A DNA stretch of 60,897 nucleotides from Myxococcaceae bacterium (GTDB lineage Bacteria; Myxococcota; Myxococcia; Myxococcales; Myxococcaceae). The DNA is taken from positions 218,174 to 279,070 of the forward strand of contig JBGALX010000012.1 in NCBI GenBank assembly GCA_044223505.1, given 5' to 3'. The translations under genes and the position numbers were made by a program. Shown here piece by piece: positions 11,296 to 20,953 of this stretch (its first letter is position 1; the number at the start of each line of letters is the position of its first letter). The notes below the pieces were generated by a model, which was not told where the DNA came from, did not search any database, and saw nothing but the letters and a program-made list of their open reading frames with translations.

Positions 11296-12655
11296 CTGGC
11301 TGCTGCTCTTGGGGGTCGGTGCGCTCACGTGCACTCCGGTTCCTCCGGATCTGGTGCCGAACTTCGTACCGATCCTGGGGACGAGCAGCCCCGACCCCTG
11401 CGGCGCCACTGACTCGGTCGAGCTCAACGGCGCGTGCACCTGCACGTCCGAGTGCAACGGCGAGCTGATCTGCATTCCCGAAGCCGACGGTCCGCCGCGG
11501 GGCGCATGCACGAAGCGGTGCCTGGTGACGCCTCCCGACGGCGGTGAGCAGTGCCCCGGCGGCTCGGTCTGCCGTCAGACGGGGGCAGACCTCACGCTCG
11601 GCATCTGCCGCAAGAGCTGCCTGACCTCGGCCGAGTGTCGCGCGGGCCAGTACTGCGACGGGACGGCGTGCCAATACGCCTGCACGAGCGACGATCAGTG
11701 CAGCTCGGGGAGCTGCAACGCGTACTCCGGCACGTGCGTCACTCAGTCCGTGACCGGGAAGGGCCTCTTCGAGCCTTGCTTGCGCCACGAGGACTGCCGG
11801 TCGGGCTTCTGCCACGGCGAGCGGTGCTTCACCTTCTGTGGCGCCGACATCAACCGCTGCCCTGCGGGTGGGCACTGCGTACCGGCCGACCCGCGCCTCC
11901 CCCAGGTCGGCATCTGCCTGGCGTCCTGCCAGGCGACCGCCGATTGCCAGGGCCTCGACTGCGTCCAGGTCCCGAAGCCGTACAACGCCCGCGTGTGCTT
12001 CCTCAAGCCCGTCGGCCCGACGTGCAAGGGACGAACGACGGTGATCACCGAGCTGGCGCCATGCGGGTGCGCCGAAGACTGCTCGTTCGGGGCAGCGTGC
12101 ATCAGCGAGGCCTCCAGCCAGAGCCCGGGAGGACTCTGCGTGCGCCGGTGCCCGATTCCGGGCACGGCGGAGGCAGCCCCGGGAGAGATGGCCTGCGGCG
12201 GAGACGGCTACGTGTGCGCGTACACCATCGGGGTCCCCGGCGGCGCGTGCGCCGCGAAGTGCACCAGCTCCGCCGAGTGCCCGCCGTTCCGGGTCTGCTC
12301 CTCCGTGAGGGGCTGCGTGCCGCTCTGCCAGGCCGACTCGGACTGCATGGTCCCCCCGTGCAACCCGTACCGCGGCTGGTGCGACTCCGTGCCCAACATG
12401 GCGCGGCTGCCGATCGGCTCGGCGTGCAGCGGCGCGCAGCAGTGCCGGGGCCCCTGCCGACGGGGGCTCTGCACAGCCGAGTGCTCGCGGGTGCGAAACG
12501 GGTGCCCCGAGAACGGCGTCTGTTTCGACGACGGCGACGGCGACGACCTCGGGTTGTGCGGCCAGCGGTGCACCGTGCCGGCCGATTGCCGGGCACCGGG
12601 CGCGGAGTGCGAGCCGACTCCCCAGCCTCACTGCGTGCTTCGTGACGGGGGTTGA
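11264..12655 (+). CDS. Cys-rich repeat lipoprotein (463 aa, about 13% Cys).
   Basis: ATG at 11264 gives MNRARCCPFRSWLLLLGVGALTCTP (lipobox ALTC). Many C-x-x-x-C / CxxGxC repeats resembling myxobacterial Cys-rich repeat proteins. It overlaps the upstream gene by 32 nt. Confidence 0.7.
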   Translation: MNRARCCPFRSWLLLLGVGALTCTPVPPDLVPNFVPILGTSSPDPCGATDSVELNGACTCTSECNGELICIPEADGPPRGACTKRCLVTPPDGGEQCPGGSVCRQTGADLTLGICRKSCLTSAECRAGQYCDGTACQYACTSDDQCSSGSCNAYSGTCVTQSVTGKGLFEPCLRHEDCRSGFCHGERCFTFCGADINRCPAGGHCVPADPRLPQVGICLASCQATADCQGLDCVQVPKPYNARVCFLKPVGPTCKGRTTVITELAPCGCAEDCSFGAACISEASSQSPGGLCVRRCPIPGTAEAAPGEMACGGDGYVCAYTIGVPGGACAAKCTSSAECPPFRVCSSVRGCVPLCQADSDCMVPPCNPYRGWCDSVPNMARLPIGSACSGAQQCRGPCRRGLCTAECSRVRNGCPENGVCFDDGDGDDLGLCGQRCTVPADCRAPGAECEPTPQPHCVLRDGG

Positions 12656-12683
12656 GCGCGCGGAGGTCTATACTCGCCGCGCA

Positions 12684-14252
12684 ATGGAGGGCGGCTCAGA
12701 CACGACGCTGCAGCCCGCCGCGGCGCGGCCCACGCGCGCGCTGCTCAAGATCCCTGCGCTCACCGTGCTTCACCACGTCGACCGGTCGCGCGTCGGCGAA
12801 GTGGCGCGGCTGAGCGAGCTCGCTGGTGGCCGCGAGGCGAGCCTCTCGCGCTCGGCGCTGCAGTTCGTGCCCGTGACGGGCGGTCAGGCCCGGCCGCTGC
12901 TCGACCCGTACCTGAGCGACAAGCGCCCGCTGCAGATCAAGCGCGCCAGCGACGGTGGCGTCGCGCTCGAAGCGCCCGGCGCGGGCCTCACCGTGCAGGG
13001 TCACGCCGTCGAAGGCACGGTGACGATCACGGGCGCGCAGCTCGACGCCGGCGTCGTGCTGACCCTGGCCGGCCGCGTGGCGCTGCTGCTGCACCGGCTC
13101 GGGCCGCCCGTGAAGGCCGCCGAGGGGCTCGGCATGATCGGCGCCAGCGAGCGGCTCGCCGAGCTGAGGGCCGACGTGCTGCGCGTGGCCGATCTCGACG
13201 TCCCGCTGCTGGTGCGTGGCGAGACCGGCTCCGGCAAGGAGCTCGTCGCGCGCGCCGTTCATCAGCACAGCCCGCGGAGGCCGCGGCCGTTCGTCGCGGT
13301 GAACATGGCGGCGATCCCCGCCTCGACCGCGGCCTCCGAGCTGTTCGGGCACCAGGCGGGCGCCTTCACCGGGGCCGCGCGCGCGCGCGACGGCTATTTC
13401 CTCGAGGCCCACGAGGGCACGCTGTTCCTCGACGAGATCGCCGAGGTGCCGGGCGAGGTGCAGGCCATGCTCCTGCGCGCGCTCGAGACGCGCGAGGTGC
13501 AGGCTCTGGGCTCGAACCGCGCGCAGAAAGTCGACGTTCGCCTCGTGGCCGCGACCGACGCCGAGCTCGAGGAGCTGATCGCGACCGGCGCCTTTCGCGA
13601 GCCGCTGTTCCACCGCATCGCGGGCTACCAGCTGCACGTGCCCCCGCTGCGCGAGCGCCGCGACGACATCGGCCGGCTGCTCCACCACTTCCTCGCTGAA
13701 GAGATGACGGCGATCGGAGAGGTGCAGAAGCTCGATCGGCCGCTCACGACCGACGCGCCGTGGCTGACCGCCGACGTGGCGGCCCGGCTCGCGATGCACG
13801 ACTGGCCGGGCAACGTGCGGCAGCTGCGCAACGTGGTGCGCCAGCTGGTCATCTCGAGCCGCGGGCTCGACCAGGCGCGCGTCGACGCGACGCTCTCGAG
13901 GCTGATCGACGAGCTCCCGCCGCGGCCGGTCGAGACCCATGACGCGTCGCCGCCCGCCGCTGCGCCCGCCACGCCGGTGCAGGAGCTCGGCGACGATCGG
14001 CTCCTCGAGGTGCTGCGCAAGAACGGGTGGAAGACGTCGGCGACGGCGCAGGAGCTCGGCATCTCGCGCACGACGCTGTATGCGCTCATCGATCGCTCCA
14101 AGCGGATCCGAAAAGCGCGCGACGTGCCGCGGGACGAGATCGTGGCCGCGCTCGCGGGGTGCGGCGGCGACGTGACGGCGGCGGCTGCGAAGCTCGAGGT
14201 GTCGAAGCGCGGGCTGCAGCTGCGGATCACCGAAGACGGCATCGGCTCCTGA
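12684..14252 (+). CDS. Sigma-54-dependent transcriptional activator (bEBP) with an FHA-like N-terminal domain and a C-terminal HTH.
   Basis: AAA+ sigma-54 interaction motifs GETGSGKE, the GAFTGA-type loop (FGHQAGAFTGA) and the arginine finger region. The C-terminal HTH is ELGISRTTLYALI. The first ATG is at 12684, after the upstream stop at 12653-12655. Confidence 0.85.
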   Translation: MEGGSDTTLQPAAARPTRALLKIPALTVLHHVDRSRVGEVARLSELAGGREASLSRSALQFVPVTGGQARPLLDPYLSDKRPLQIKRASDGGVALEAPGAGLTVQGHAVEGTVTITGAQLDAGVVLTLAGRVALLLHRLGPPVKAAEGLGMIGASERLAELRADVLRVADLDVPLLVRGETGSGKELVARAVHQHSPRRPRPFVAVNMAAIPASTAASELFGHQAGAFTGAARARDGYFLEAHEGTLFLDEIAEVPGEVQAMLLRALETREVQALGSNRAQKVDVRLVAATDAELEELIATGAFREPLFHRIAGYQLHVPPLRERRDDIGRLLHHFLAEEMTAIGEVQKLDRPLTTDAPWLTADVAARLAMHDWPGNVRQLRNVVRQLVISSRGLDQARVDATLSRLIDELPPRPVETHDASPPAAAPATPVQELGDDRLLEVLRKNGWKTSATAQELGISRTTLYALIDRSKRIRKARDVPRDEIVAALAGCGGDVTAAAAKLEVSKRGLQLRITEDGIGS

Positions 14253-14439
14253 ACCGTTCAGCGAACTGTTCCGCGGGCGCTCGACTGCCGCGTGCTGTCA
14301 GACGACGGCAGGCTCGTCTGCGTCGCTCCGTCGACCGATGGCGGGCTGCACCTGGTGCTGCTCGAGCCGGTGCCTTGACAGCGCTCAGTGCTCGCCCGAG
14401 CGCGTGATTCGCGCGGCGGCCGCGCCCTGAGCGCGCCCG

Positions 14440-15294
14440 TCACTGAACCTGGGCGACGCCCCCCAGTGGTTCGAGGCTCGCGCGCAGGTGGACCTGATAG
14501 CCGCCGACCGTGAACTCGGTCTCGGTGGAGTTCCACACCGCGAAGTACGCTCGGCTGCGGACGTTCAGCGCCCGCAGCGCAGCTGGCGGAATGAAGAGCG
14601 AGCCGCCCGCTGCCGCCGCAGCACAGACGAGAAAGCTGTCGTTGTCTGCGCCGTCACTGCTCCACAGGATGGCCTCGACGAGGCCACCATCGGCGCTCCC
14701 ATTCCACGCGACCCGCGTGCCCGCATCGCGAGAGAAAGGGCCACAATCGAGCGGGCACGATGGAGATGTGACCGCGATCGCCCCCGGCATGCGCAGCGTC
14801 TTGCCGGTGAAGGGCGGAAGGCTGCCGCCGCCCGCAGAGAACGTGATGAGGTCATCTGCGCCGCTGGGGGTGAGCGGCACGAGGTAGCCGTTCTGGCCCC
14901 ACCGGTACTCGAGCCGGCGTTCCTCACCCGTGCTCGCGAACGACATCGTGATGGTGCCGGCGTCACCGGGTGACCCGGCGTCGACGCGCAGAGCCTTACC
15001 GGTGCAATCGAAGAGCTCGCAGGCTCCGAAGCTCTGGCGCGCGCACGCGCGATGGTCTCCGTAGACGAAGGCCGCCCCCTGCGGCACGGCCGGCACGAAC
15101 ACCGCATCGGCGGAGAACGTGGTTCTCGCCTGCTTGACCCAGATTGACCCGAAGCCTTGCACCACCGCACCGCCACCCGCGCCACCTGCGCCACCCGCAT
15201 TGCTGGCTCCGCCCGTGCCCCCGCCCATTCCACCCGCGCCGCCCCCGCCGCTGCAGGCGCCCAGCACGAACGCCGCAATGAAGACGGACCTCAT
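14440..15294 (-). CDS. Lipoprotein with a Gly-rich linker (284 aa), hypothetical.
   Basis: MRSVFIAAFVLGACSGGGGAGG... has lipobox LGAC followed by a poly-Gly/Ala linker. It is convergent with the bEBP gene. Confidence 0.6.
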   Translation of the reverse strand: MRSVFIAAFVLGACSGGGGAGGMGGGTGGASNAGGAGGAGGGAVVQGFGSIWVKQARTTFSADAVFVPAVPQGAAFVYGDHRACARQSFGACELFDCTGKALRVDAGSPGDAGTITMSFASTGEERRLEYRWGQNGYLVPLTPSGADDLITFSAGGGSLPPFTGKTLRMPGAIAVTSPSCPLDCGPFSRDAGTRVAWNGSADGGLVEAILWSSDGADNDSFLVCAAAAAGGSLFIPPAALRALNVRSRAYFAVWNSTETEFTVGGYQVHLRASLEPLGGVAQVQ

Positions 15295-15560
15295 TGACGG
15301 CCGCCAGGCACAGCAACGCGCTCAGCCCACACGTCGTCTTCGAGTGACATGACTCGCTTGGTGAACATGCGGTCGCGCAGGATGCCACAGCCGAAGCAGG
15401 TGTCGGGTCGGATCCCGGTTCGCGATGCACGCTCGACCTGCGCGAGCGTCAGCGTCATGGCTCACCCAGAGCCCAGTCACGCCATCCAAAACTCGCGCGC
15501 GGTGCCGCTCGCCGCGCTCGCTTTCTGAAATTCGGAATCACTTTCGCGTACGGTGTGGCC

Positions 15561-16307
15561 ATGACCAGTCCCGTCATCTGGTTCGATCACAGCGATCCCG
15601 CGATGGGACTCGCGGGAGAGCAGGCGCGCGCGACGTTTCGCTACTTCATGCGCGAGCTGAGCTGGGAGCGTCGCCGCATCATCAAGGCGTTCGATCTCGC
15701 CGCCGTGAAGGCCGCGTTCACCGACGGCACCCACACCGAGCACATGTGGCTCGCCGACATCGAGTTCGACGGGACCACACTGCACGGCACGCTCCTCAAC
15801 CGGCCGAACCAGGTGGACAGCGTCGACGAGGGCGACCGCGTCGAGGTGAGCTTCGCCGAGCGCGTCGGCGACTGGATGTTGTGCATGCAGGATCGCGTGT
15901 ACGGCGCCTACACGGTCCACCTCATGCGCTCGCGCATGTCCGCGCGCGAGCGCAAGGACCACGACGGTGCGTGGGGGCTACCGTTCGGTCCGCCGGACGC
16001 CCCCCTCCTCCCGAACGCCAGGAGCCCCGACGACGAGACCGATCACCCGATGGCCGTGAACATGAAGGCCTCGCTGCAGCAGGCGCTCGCCAAGAACGCG
16101 GCGGCGTTCCTCGCGCCCGACGAGCGCGGCTGGACGATGCTCCACGACGAGGCGCTGTGCGGCAACCCGATCGTCGTCGAGGGCCTGTTGCAGCACGGCG
16201 GGAACGCGAACGCGCGCACCCGCGCCGGCGTCACACCGCTCGCGCTCGCGACCGCCTGGAAGTGGACGCGGGTCGCAGAGCTGCTGCGCCGCGCCGGTGC
16301 GACGTGA
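15561..16307 (+). CDS. DUF2314-like domain fused to ankyrin repeats (249 aa).
   Basis: The N-terminal half matches the DUF2314 family pattern (FRYFMRELSWERRRII...HMWLADIEFDG). The C-terminal TMLHDEALCGNPIVVEGLLQHGGNANARTRAGVTPLALA is ankyrin-repeat-like. Confidence 0.6.
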   Translation: MTSPVIWFDHSDPAMGLAGEQARATFRYFMRELSWERRRIIKAFDLAAVKAAFTDGTHTEHMWLADIEFDGTTLHGTLLNRPNQVDSVDEGDRVEVSFAERVGDWMLCMQDRVYGAYTVHLMRSRMSARERKDHDGAWGLPFGPPDAPLLPNARSPDDETDHPMAVNMKASLQQALAKNAAAFLAPDERGWTMLHDEALCGNPIVVEGLLQHGGNANARTRAGVTPLALATAWKWTRVAELLRRAGAT

Positions 16308-16606
16308 GCCTGGCGTTCCCGGCCGTCTACAACATGGCGAGCGATGAGCGAACAGCAGATCGTGAATCGCGCCATCGACGACGCGACGGACGAAAGGCCG
16401 GACGACGGCACGGTCCTCCTCCGTGAGGCGCCCGAGGTCTGCCTGCAGCTGTCTGACGGCAGGGGCCTTCCAGTGGCCCTTCATCGTGAGCTCTGCCGAG
16501 TCGAATGCCGTGTCCCGCCGCTCCATGACGAAGCGACCGAAGTCGCCCAGCGCCTTGCCCCATCCCGACAGGGTACTCGCTATGGACTCAACGTAGGCAC
16601 CCGGCC

Positions 16607-17074
16607 CTACAGCTTGTGCTCGTCGATGAACGCCCGCACCGCGCGGCGCGAGAGAATCACGCCGAGGTCGTCGCTCGCCTGCGAGCCCATCGGCCGCTCG
16701 GGCCCGCGCTCCTGCAGCTCGTACTGCCCCACGACCTTCTCGGTGCCGCTCGCGTCTTCGACGAGGCGAAGGGTCACCTTCAAGGTCTGCACCTTGCGCA
16801 CCTGCATCGGCATGGCCTGGGGCTGCGGGCTCGCCGACGGCGGCCGAAACACGGGCTCGTCGAAGCTCGTCGTCGACGCCTCGACGTGCAGGTGCAGCTC
16901 GGCCTTCTCGGGGTCGAGCTCGAAGCGCTCGGCGATGGCCTCTTTCATCATCGACTGAGCGTCGGCCGAGCCGCTCACCTCGCCGAGCCCCACGCGCTTG
17001 CCGAGCACCGTCGGCTTCGGCGTCACGTGCGTGCACGCGACGAGCAGCAGGCCCGTCGCCAGGGCCCTCGTCAC
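16607..17074 (-). CDS. Small lipoprotein (155 aa), last gene of the PTS/kinase operon.
   Basis: GTG at 17072-17074 overlaps the TGA of the upstream kinase gene (GTGA). N-terminus VTRALATGLLLVACTHV has lipobox LVAC. Only the C-terminal 155 codons of track ORF 16607..18823 look protein-like. Confidence 0.55.
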   Translation of the reverse strand: MTRALATGLLLVACTHVTPKPTVLGKRVGLGEVSGSADAQSMMKEAIAERFELDPEKAELHLHVEASTTSFDEPVFRPPSASPQPQAMPMQVRKVQTLKVTLRLVEDASGTEKVVGQYELQERGPERPMGSQASDDLGVILSRRAVRAFIDEHKL

Positions 17075-18888
17075 GCGCGGCTCCTCAAGAGGCGCGCCAC
17101 CTGCTCGCAGACGTCGAACGGCTTCTGCAGCCACTCGTTCGGCACCGAGTCGAGAAAGCGCCGCGCCCGGTCGGTGAACGCGCCGCCCGTCATGAACACG
17201 AGCGCGCGCTCGGCTCCGGGCCGCTTCACCTTGAGCTCTTCGTAGACGTCCATGCCCGAGACGTCGCGCATCATCAGGTCGCAGAACACCAGGTCGAAGT
17301 GCTCGCCGCTCGTGAGCCGCTCGACCGCCTCGCGCCCCGACTGCACCACCACCACGTGGTGCTTCGCGAGCTCGAGCGCGCTCGCCATCACCCGCCCCAG
17401 GTTCACGTTGTCGTCGATGAGCAGCACGCGCGCCCCCTCGGGCCGCGTCGCGGGCGCCTCGGCGGGCAGCCGCACCCGGAACACCGCACCGCCCTCGCGC
17501 CGGTTCTCGACCTCGATGCGCCCCTTGAGCTCGCTCACCAGGTTGCGGCACACGAAGAGCCCCAGGCCCGTGCCTTCGCCGACGGCCTTCGTCGTCACGA
17601 AGGGCTCGAAGATGCGCTCGAGCAGCTCGGGCTTCACGCCCGCGCCCGTGTCGGCGACCTCGACCACCGCGTCGTGCGGCTCGGCGCGCGTCGCGACCCG
17701 AACCACGTGACCGCCCGGCCGCTCGACGTCGCGCACCGCGTGCACGGCGTTGAGCAGCAGGTTCATGAACACCTGCACCAGCCGCCGCTCGCTCGCCCTC
17801 ACGTGAACGCCGCTCGCGAGGTCGAGCGACAGCCGCGCCACCGGGTCGAGCTGGCTGCGCAGCATCTGCACCGCCGTTCGCACCGCGGACGAGACGTCGA
17901 CGCTCTGCATCGGCTCGTCGTCGCGCCGCGTGAACGTCTGCAGGTCCGACGTGATGACCCGCACGCGCTCGGCGCCCTCTTTCACGTCGGCGAGCAGCTG
18001 CCGCACCTCGGGCGTCGCGCCGCCCCCGAGCTCGCGCTCGATGCTGCGCAGGCCCTCGAGCACGTACGCGAGCGGGTTGTTGATCTCGTGTGCGACGCTG
18101 GCCGCGAGCGTGCCCATCGCCGCCATGCGCTCGGAGCGGAAGACCGCCGACTGCGCCGCGTGCCGCTCGGTGACGTCGGTCGTCACACCGATGATGCCCG
18201 TCACGCGCCCCGCGGCGTCGCGGAGCGGGCCCATCCACCCCTCGAGCACGGCGCCGTCGATGTGCGTCAGCGACGTGAACGACTCGCCGTCGAGCGCCCG
18301 CCGCATGTTCGAGATGACCCCGGCGTTGCTCGCGTACACCTCGAACACCGACTTGCCGATGAGCTCGCCCGGGCTGCGCCCCAGCGCCTTGAGGCCCGCG
18401 CCCTCCGAGAGCGTCACCACGCCGCGCGAGTCGGTCGTGAAGATGATGATGGGCGCGTGGTGCACCGCGAGGTCGAGCTGCATCTCGGCCGTGCGCTCGG
18501 CCGTGATGTCGAAGAACGACACCATCACCGCCTCGACGACGCCGCTCGCGCCGAAGAGCGGCTTGCCGTAGGCGCGCACGTGCACGCGCCGGCCGTCGCC
18601 GCGGTGCACGACGATGTCGTCGACCATCACGACGCTGCGCGCCTGCAGCGCCTGCACGAACGGCAGGCGCTCTTCGGGGTACGGCTGGCCGTCGCGCGTG
18701 AAGAGCCCGTACGGCTCGGAGTAGGCGCCCGCCGCCGCCCCGGTCACCGGGCCCATGCCCATGATCTCGTCGAACGCCTCGTTCGAGTACAGGTGCTCGC
18801 CGCCCGGAGCCCGCGCCACCCACACTCCGACGGGGAGCCCGCGCAGAATCGCGCTCGAGGTCTCGTGAGTCAGCGCGTTCAAAGTCAC
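17071..18888 (-). CDS. Hybrid sensor histidine kinase / response regulator with PAS domains (PAS-PAS-HisKA-HATPase_c-REC), cytoplasmic, 605 aa.
   Basis: H-box HEINNPLAYV, G-box DTGAGV...GTGLGL, and a receiver domain with LLIDDN...DLVFCDLMM. The start is placed at GTG 18886-18888, overlapping the TGA of ptsI. The upstream in-frame codons are Arg-rich antisense of ptsI. Confidence 0.8.
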   Translation of the reverse strand: MTLNALTHETSSAILRGLPVGVWVARAPGGEHLYSNEAFDEIMGMGPVTGAAAGAYSEPYGLFTRDGQPYPEERLPFVQALQARSVVMVDDIVVHRGDGRRVHVRAYGKPLFGASGVVEAVMVSFFDITAERTAEMQLDLAVHHAPIIIFTTDSRGVVTLSEGAGLKALGRSPGELIGKSVFEVYASNAGVISNMRRALDGESFTSLTHIDGAVLEGWMGPLRDAAGRVTGIIGVTTDVTERHAAQSAVFRSERMAAMGTLAASVAHEINNPLAYVLEGLRSIERELGGGATPEVRQLLADVKEGAERVRVITSDLQTFTRRDDEPMQSVDVSSAVRTAVQMLRSQLDPVARLSLDLASGVHVRASERRLVQVFMNLLLNAVHAVRDVERPGGHVVRVATRAEPHDAVVEVADTGAGVKPELLERIFEPFVTTKAVGEGTGLGLFVCRNLVSELKGRIEVENRREGGAVFRVRLPAEAPATRPEGARVLLIDDNVNLGRVMASALELAKHHVVVVQSGREAVERLTSGEHFDLVFCDLMMRDVSGMDVYEELKVKRPGAERALVFMTGGAFTDRARRFLDSVPNEWLQKPFDVCEQVARLLRSRA

Positions 18889-20642
18889 TCCGCTCCGCTG
18901 AAGCGCTTCTCCATCTCCATGCGCACGAAGCGTTCGATCTCTTCCGCCGTCGAGAACTCCATCGCGCGCTCGAGCAGCGACTGCGCCTCGGTGCGGCTCG
19001 TCTGTCGCACGATGCGCTTCACCGCCGCGAGCTGGCCTGCCGTCATCGAGAGCTCCTCGAAGCCGAGCGCCAGCAGCACGAGCGTGTACGTCGGGTCGCC
19101 CGCCATCTCGCCGCACATCGCGACGGGGATGCCGGCGTTCTTCGCCGCGCGCACGATGTTCTGCAGGCTGCGCAGCACGGCGAGGTGCAGCGGGCGATAG
19201 AGGTACGCGACGTCGCGGTTCTGCCGGTCGATCGCGAGCGAGTACTGGATCAGGTCGTTCGTGCCGATGCTGAAGAAGTCGGCCTCCTGGGCGAGCCGGT
19301 CGGCGATCCACGCGGCGCTCGGCGTCTCGACCATGATGCCCACCGGGAAGCGCTTGCCCACCGGCACGCCCGCGCGGCCCAGCTCGCTCTTGCAGTGCTC
19401 GAGCTCGCTGCGCGCCTCGCGCAGCTCCGACAGGCCGCTGATCAGCGGGAACATGATGCGAATGTTGCCGTGCGCCGATGCCCGCAGCATCGCGCGCAGC
19501 TGCACGCGGAACAGCTCGCGGTGGTGAAGGCAGTAGCGAATCGCCCGCAGGCCGAGCGCCGGGTTCGCCTCGCGCTCGGGCTTGCGGCCCGGCACCTTGT
19601 CGCCGCCCAGGTCGAGCGTGCGAATCGTGACGGGCCGGCCGCCCATCGCCTCGAGCACCTCGCGGTAGACCTTGTAGTGCTCCTCTTCGCTCGGAGCCTC
19701 GGTGCGGTTCAGGAACATGAACTCGGTGCGGTACAGGCCGATGCCTTCGGCGCCGTGCGCGAGCAGCGAGGGGATCTCTTCGGGGAACTCGATGTTCCCG
19801 TTCAGGTGAATCTGGTGGCCGTCGAGCGACACCGCGCGCAGCTCGGCCGTCTGCAGCGCCGTGGCCTCGGAGGCCTGGTGCCGCCGCATCGTCTCGCGGA
19901 ACAGCGCGAGCTGGGCGTCGGTCGGGTTGACCAGCACGAGGCCCTGGTTGCCGTCGACCGCGATGAGGTCACCCGGCCGAATCGAGTCGCTCGCGCGCCC
20001 CGCGCCGACCACGGCCGGCACCTCGCGCGCGCGCGCGACGATGGCGGTGTGGCTCGTCTGGCCGCCGAGGTCGGTGACGAACGCGGCGACCTTGCCGGTG
20101 CGCACCAGCAACGCGGCGTCGGCGGGCGAGACGTCGTGCGCGACGACGACCGAGTCGCTCGGCAGCTCGACCTCTTCGTCCATCGCGTGGCCGAGCAGGT
20201 TGCGCACGACGCGATCGGCGACGAAGTCGACGTCGGCCCGGCGCTCGCGAAAGTACTCGTCCTCCATGTTGTCGAACTGGTGCTTGATGCGGCGCGCGAC
20301 CCGGCGCACGGCCCACTCGGCGTTGATCGCCTCTTCCTGGATCAGCCGGTTCACCTCGACGATGAACATCGGGTCCTGCAGCATCAGCTTGTGCGCCTCG
20401 AGAATGAGGCCGTGGTCCTTGCTGCCGTCTTGCGAGTCGGTCTGCAGCTTCTCTTTGAGGTCGTCGAGCTGGCTCGACGAGAGCTCGACCGCCGTCTTGA
20501 AGCGCAGCGCCTCGGGGTCGATCTCACCGTCTTGCAGCTTCACCTTCGGAGTGCGGACGCGCCGGTTGTCGAGCACGTACGCGTGGCCGACCGCGACCCC
20601 CGGCGACGCTCCGATGCCCTTGAACGATTGCGTCGCGCTCAC
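18885..20642 (-). CDS. ptsI: Phosphoenolpyruvate-protein phosphotransferase, PTS Enzyme I.
   Basis: Full-length EI with the phospho-His region GGQTSHTAIVAR and a PEP-utilizing C-terminal domain (GIGLYRTEF..., MCGEMAGD). Confidence 0.92.
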   Translation of the reverse strand: MSATQSFKGIGASPGVAVGHAYVLDNRRVRTPKVKLQDGEIDPEALRFKTAVELSSSQLDDLKEKLQTDSQDGSKDHGLILEAHKLMLQDPMFIVEVNRLIQEEAINAEWAVRRVARRIKHQFDNMEDEYFRERRADVDFVADRVVRNLLGHAMDEEVELPSDSVVVAHDVSPADAALLVRTGKVAAFVTDLGGQTSHTAIVARAREVPAVVGAGRASDSIRPGDLIAVDGNQGLVLVNPTDAQLALFRETMRRHQASEATALQTAELRAVSLDGHQIHLNGNIEFPEEIPSLLAHGAEGIGLYRTEFMFLNRTEAPSEEEHYKVYREVLEAMGGRPVTIRTLDLGGDKVPGRKPEREANPALGLRAIRYCLHHRELFRVQLRAMLRASAHGNIRIMFPLISGLSELREARSELEHCKSELGRAGVPVGKRFPVGIMVETPSAAWIADRLAQEADFFSIGTNDLIQYSLAIDRQNRDVAYLYRPLHLAVLRSLQNIVRAAKNAGIPVAMCGEMAGDPTYTLVLLALGFEELSMTAGQLAAVKRIVRQTSRTEAQSLLERAMEFSTAEEIERFVRMEMEKRFSGAE

Positions 20643-20646
20643 GGCG

Positions 20647-20925
20647 TCACGATGGCTCCCCGAACCGGTTCTTCACCAGCACACCAATCTCGTCGACGCA
20701 CTGCTTCGCGCCTTCGCCCTCGCACTTCAGCGTCACCGTCATGCCCTGCGCCGCCGCGAGCATCAGCACGCCCATGATGCTCTTCGCGTTCACCGTCTGG
20801 CCCTCGCAGGTCAGCGAGACGTCGCACTTGTACCGGTTCGCGATCTTGACGAGCTGCGCCGCAGCGCGGGCGTGGAGCCCGAGCGCGTTGATGATCTCAA
20901 GATCGATGCTTGCGACGTCCATCAT
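20647..20925 (-). CDS. ptsH: Phosphocarrier protein HPr.
   Basis: MMDVASIDLEIINALGLHARAA carries the His-15 active-site context (GLHARA). It is about 92 aa and lies 4 nt upstream of ptsI. Confidence 0.85.
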   Translation of the reverse strand: MMDVASIDLEIINALGLHARAAAQLVKIANRYKCDVSLTCEGQTVNAKSIMGVLMLAAAQGMTVTLKCEGEGAKQCVDEIGVLVKNRFGEPS

Positions 20926-20953
20926 CCCCTCGGTGAGTCGGCGGCGGAGCGTC

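Noticed and set aside
17075-18823. Upstream 580 codons of track ORF 16607..18823 (-) and ORF 17299..19200 (+)
   Set aside because: Both are Arg/Gly-rich alternate frames of the hybrid kinase / ptsI region. The kinase frame (17071..18888) carries H-box, G-box and REC motifs.
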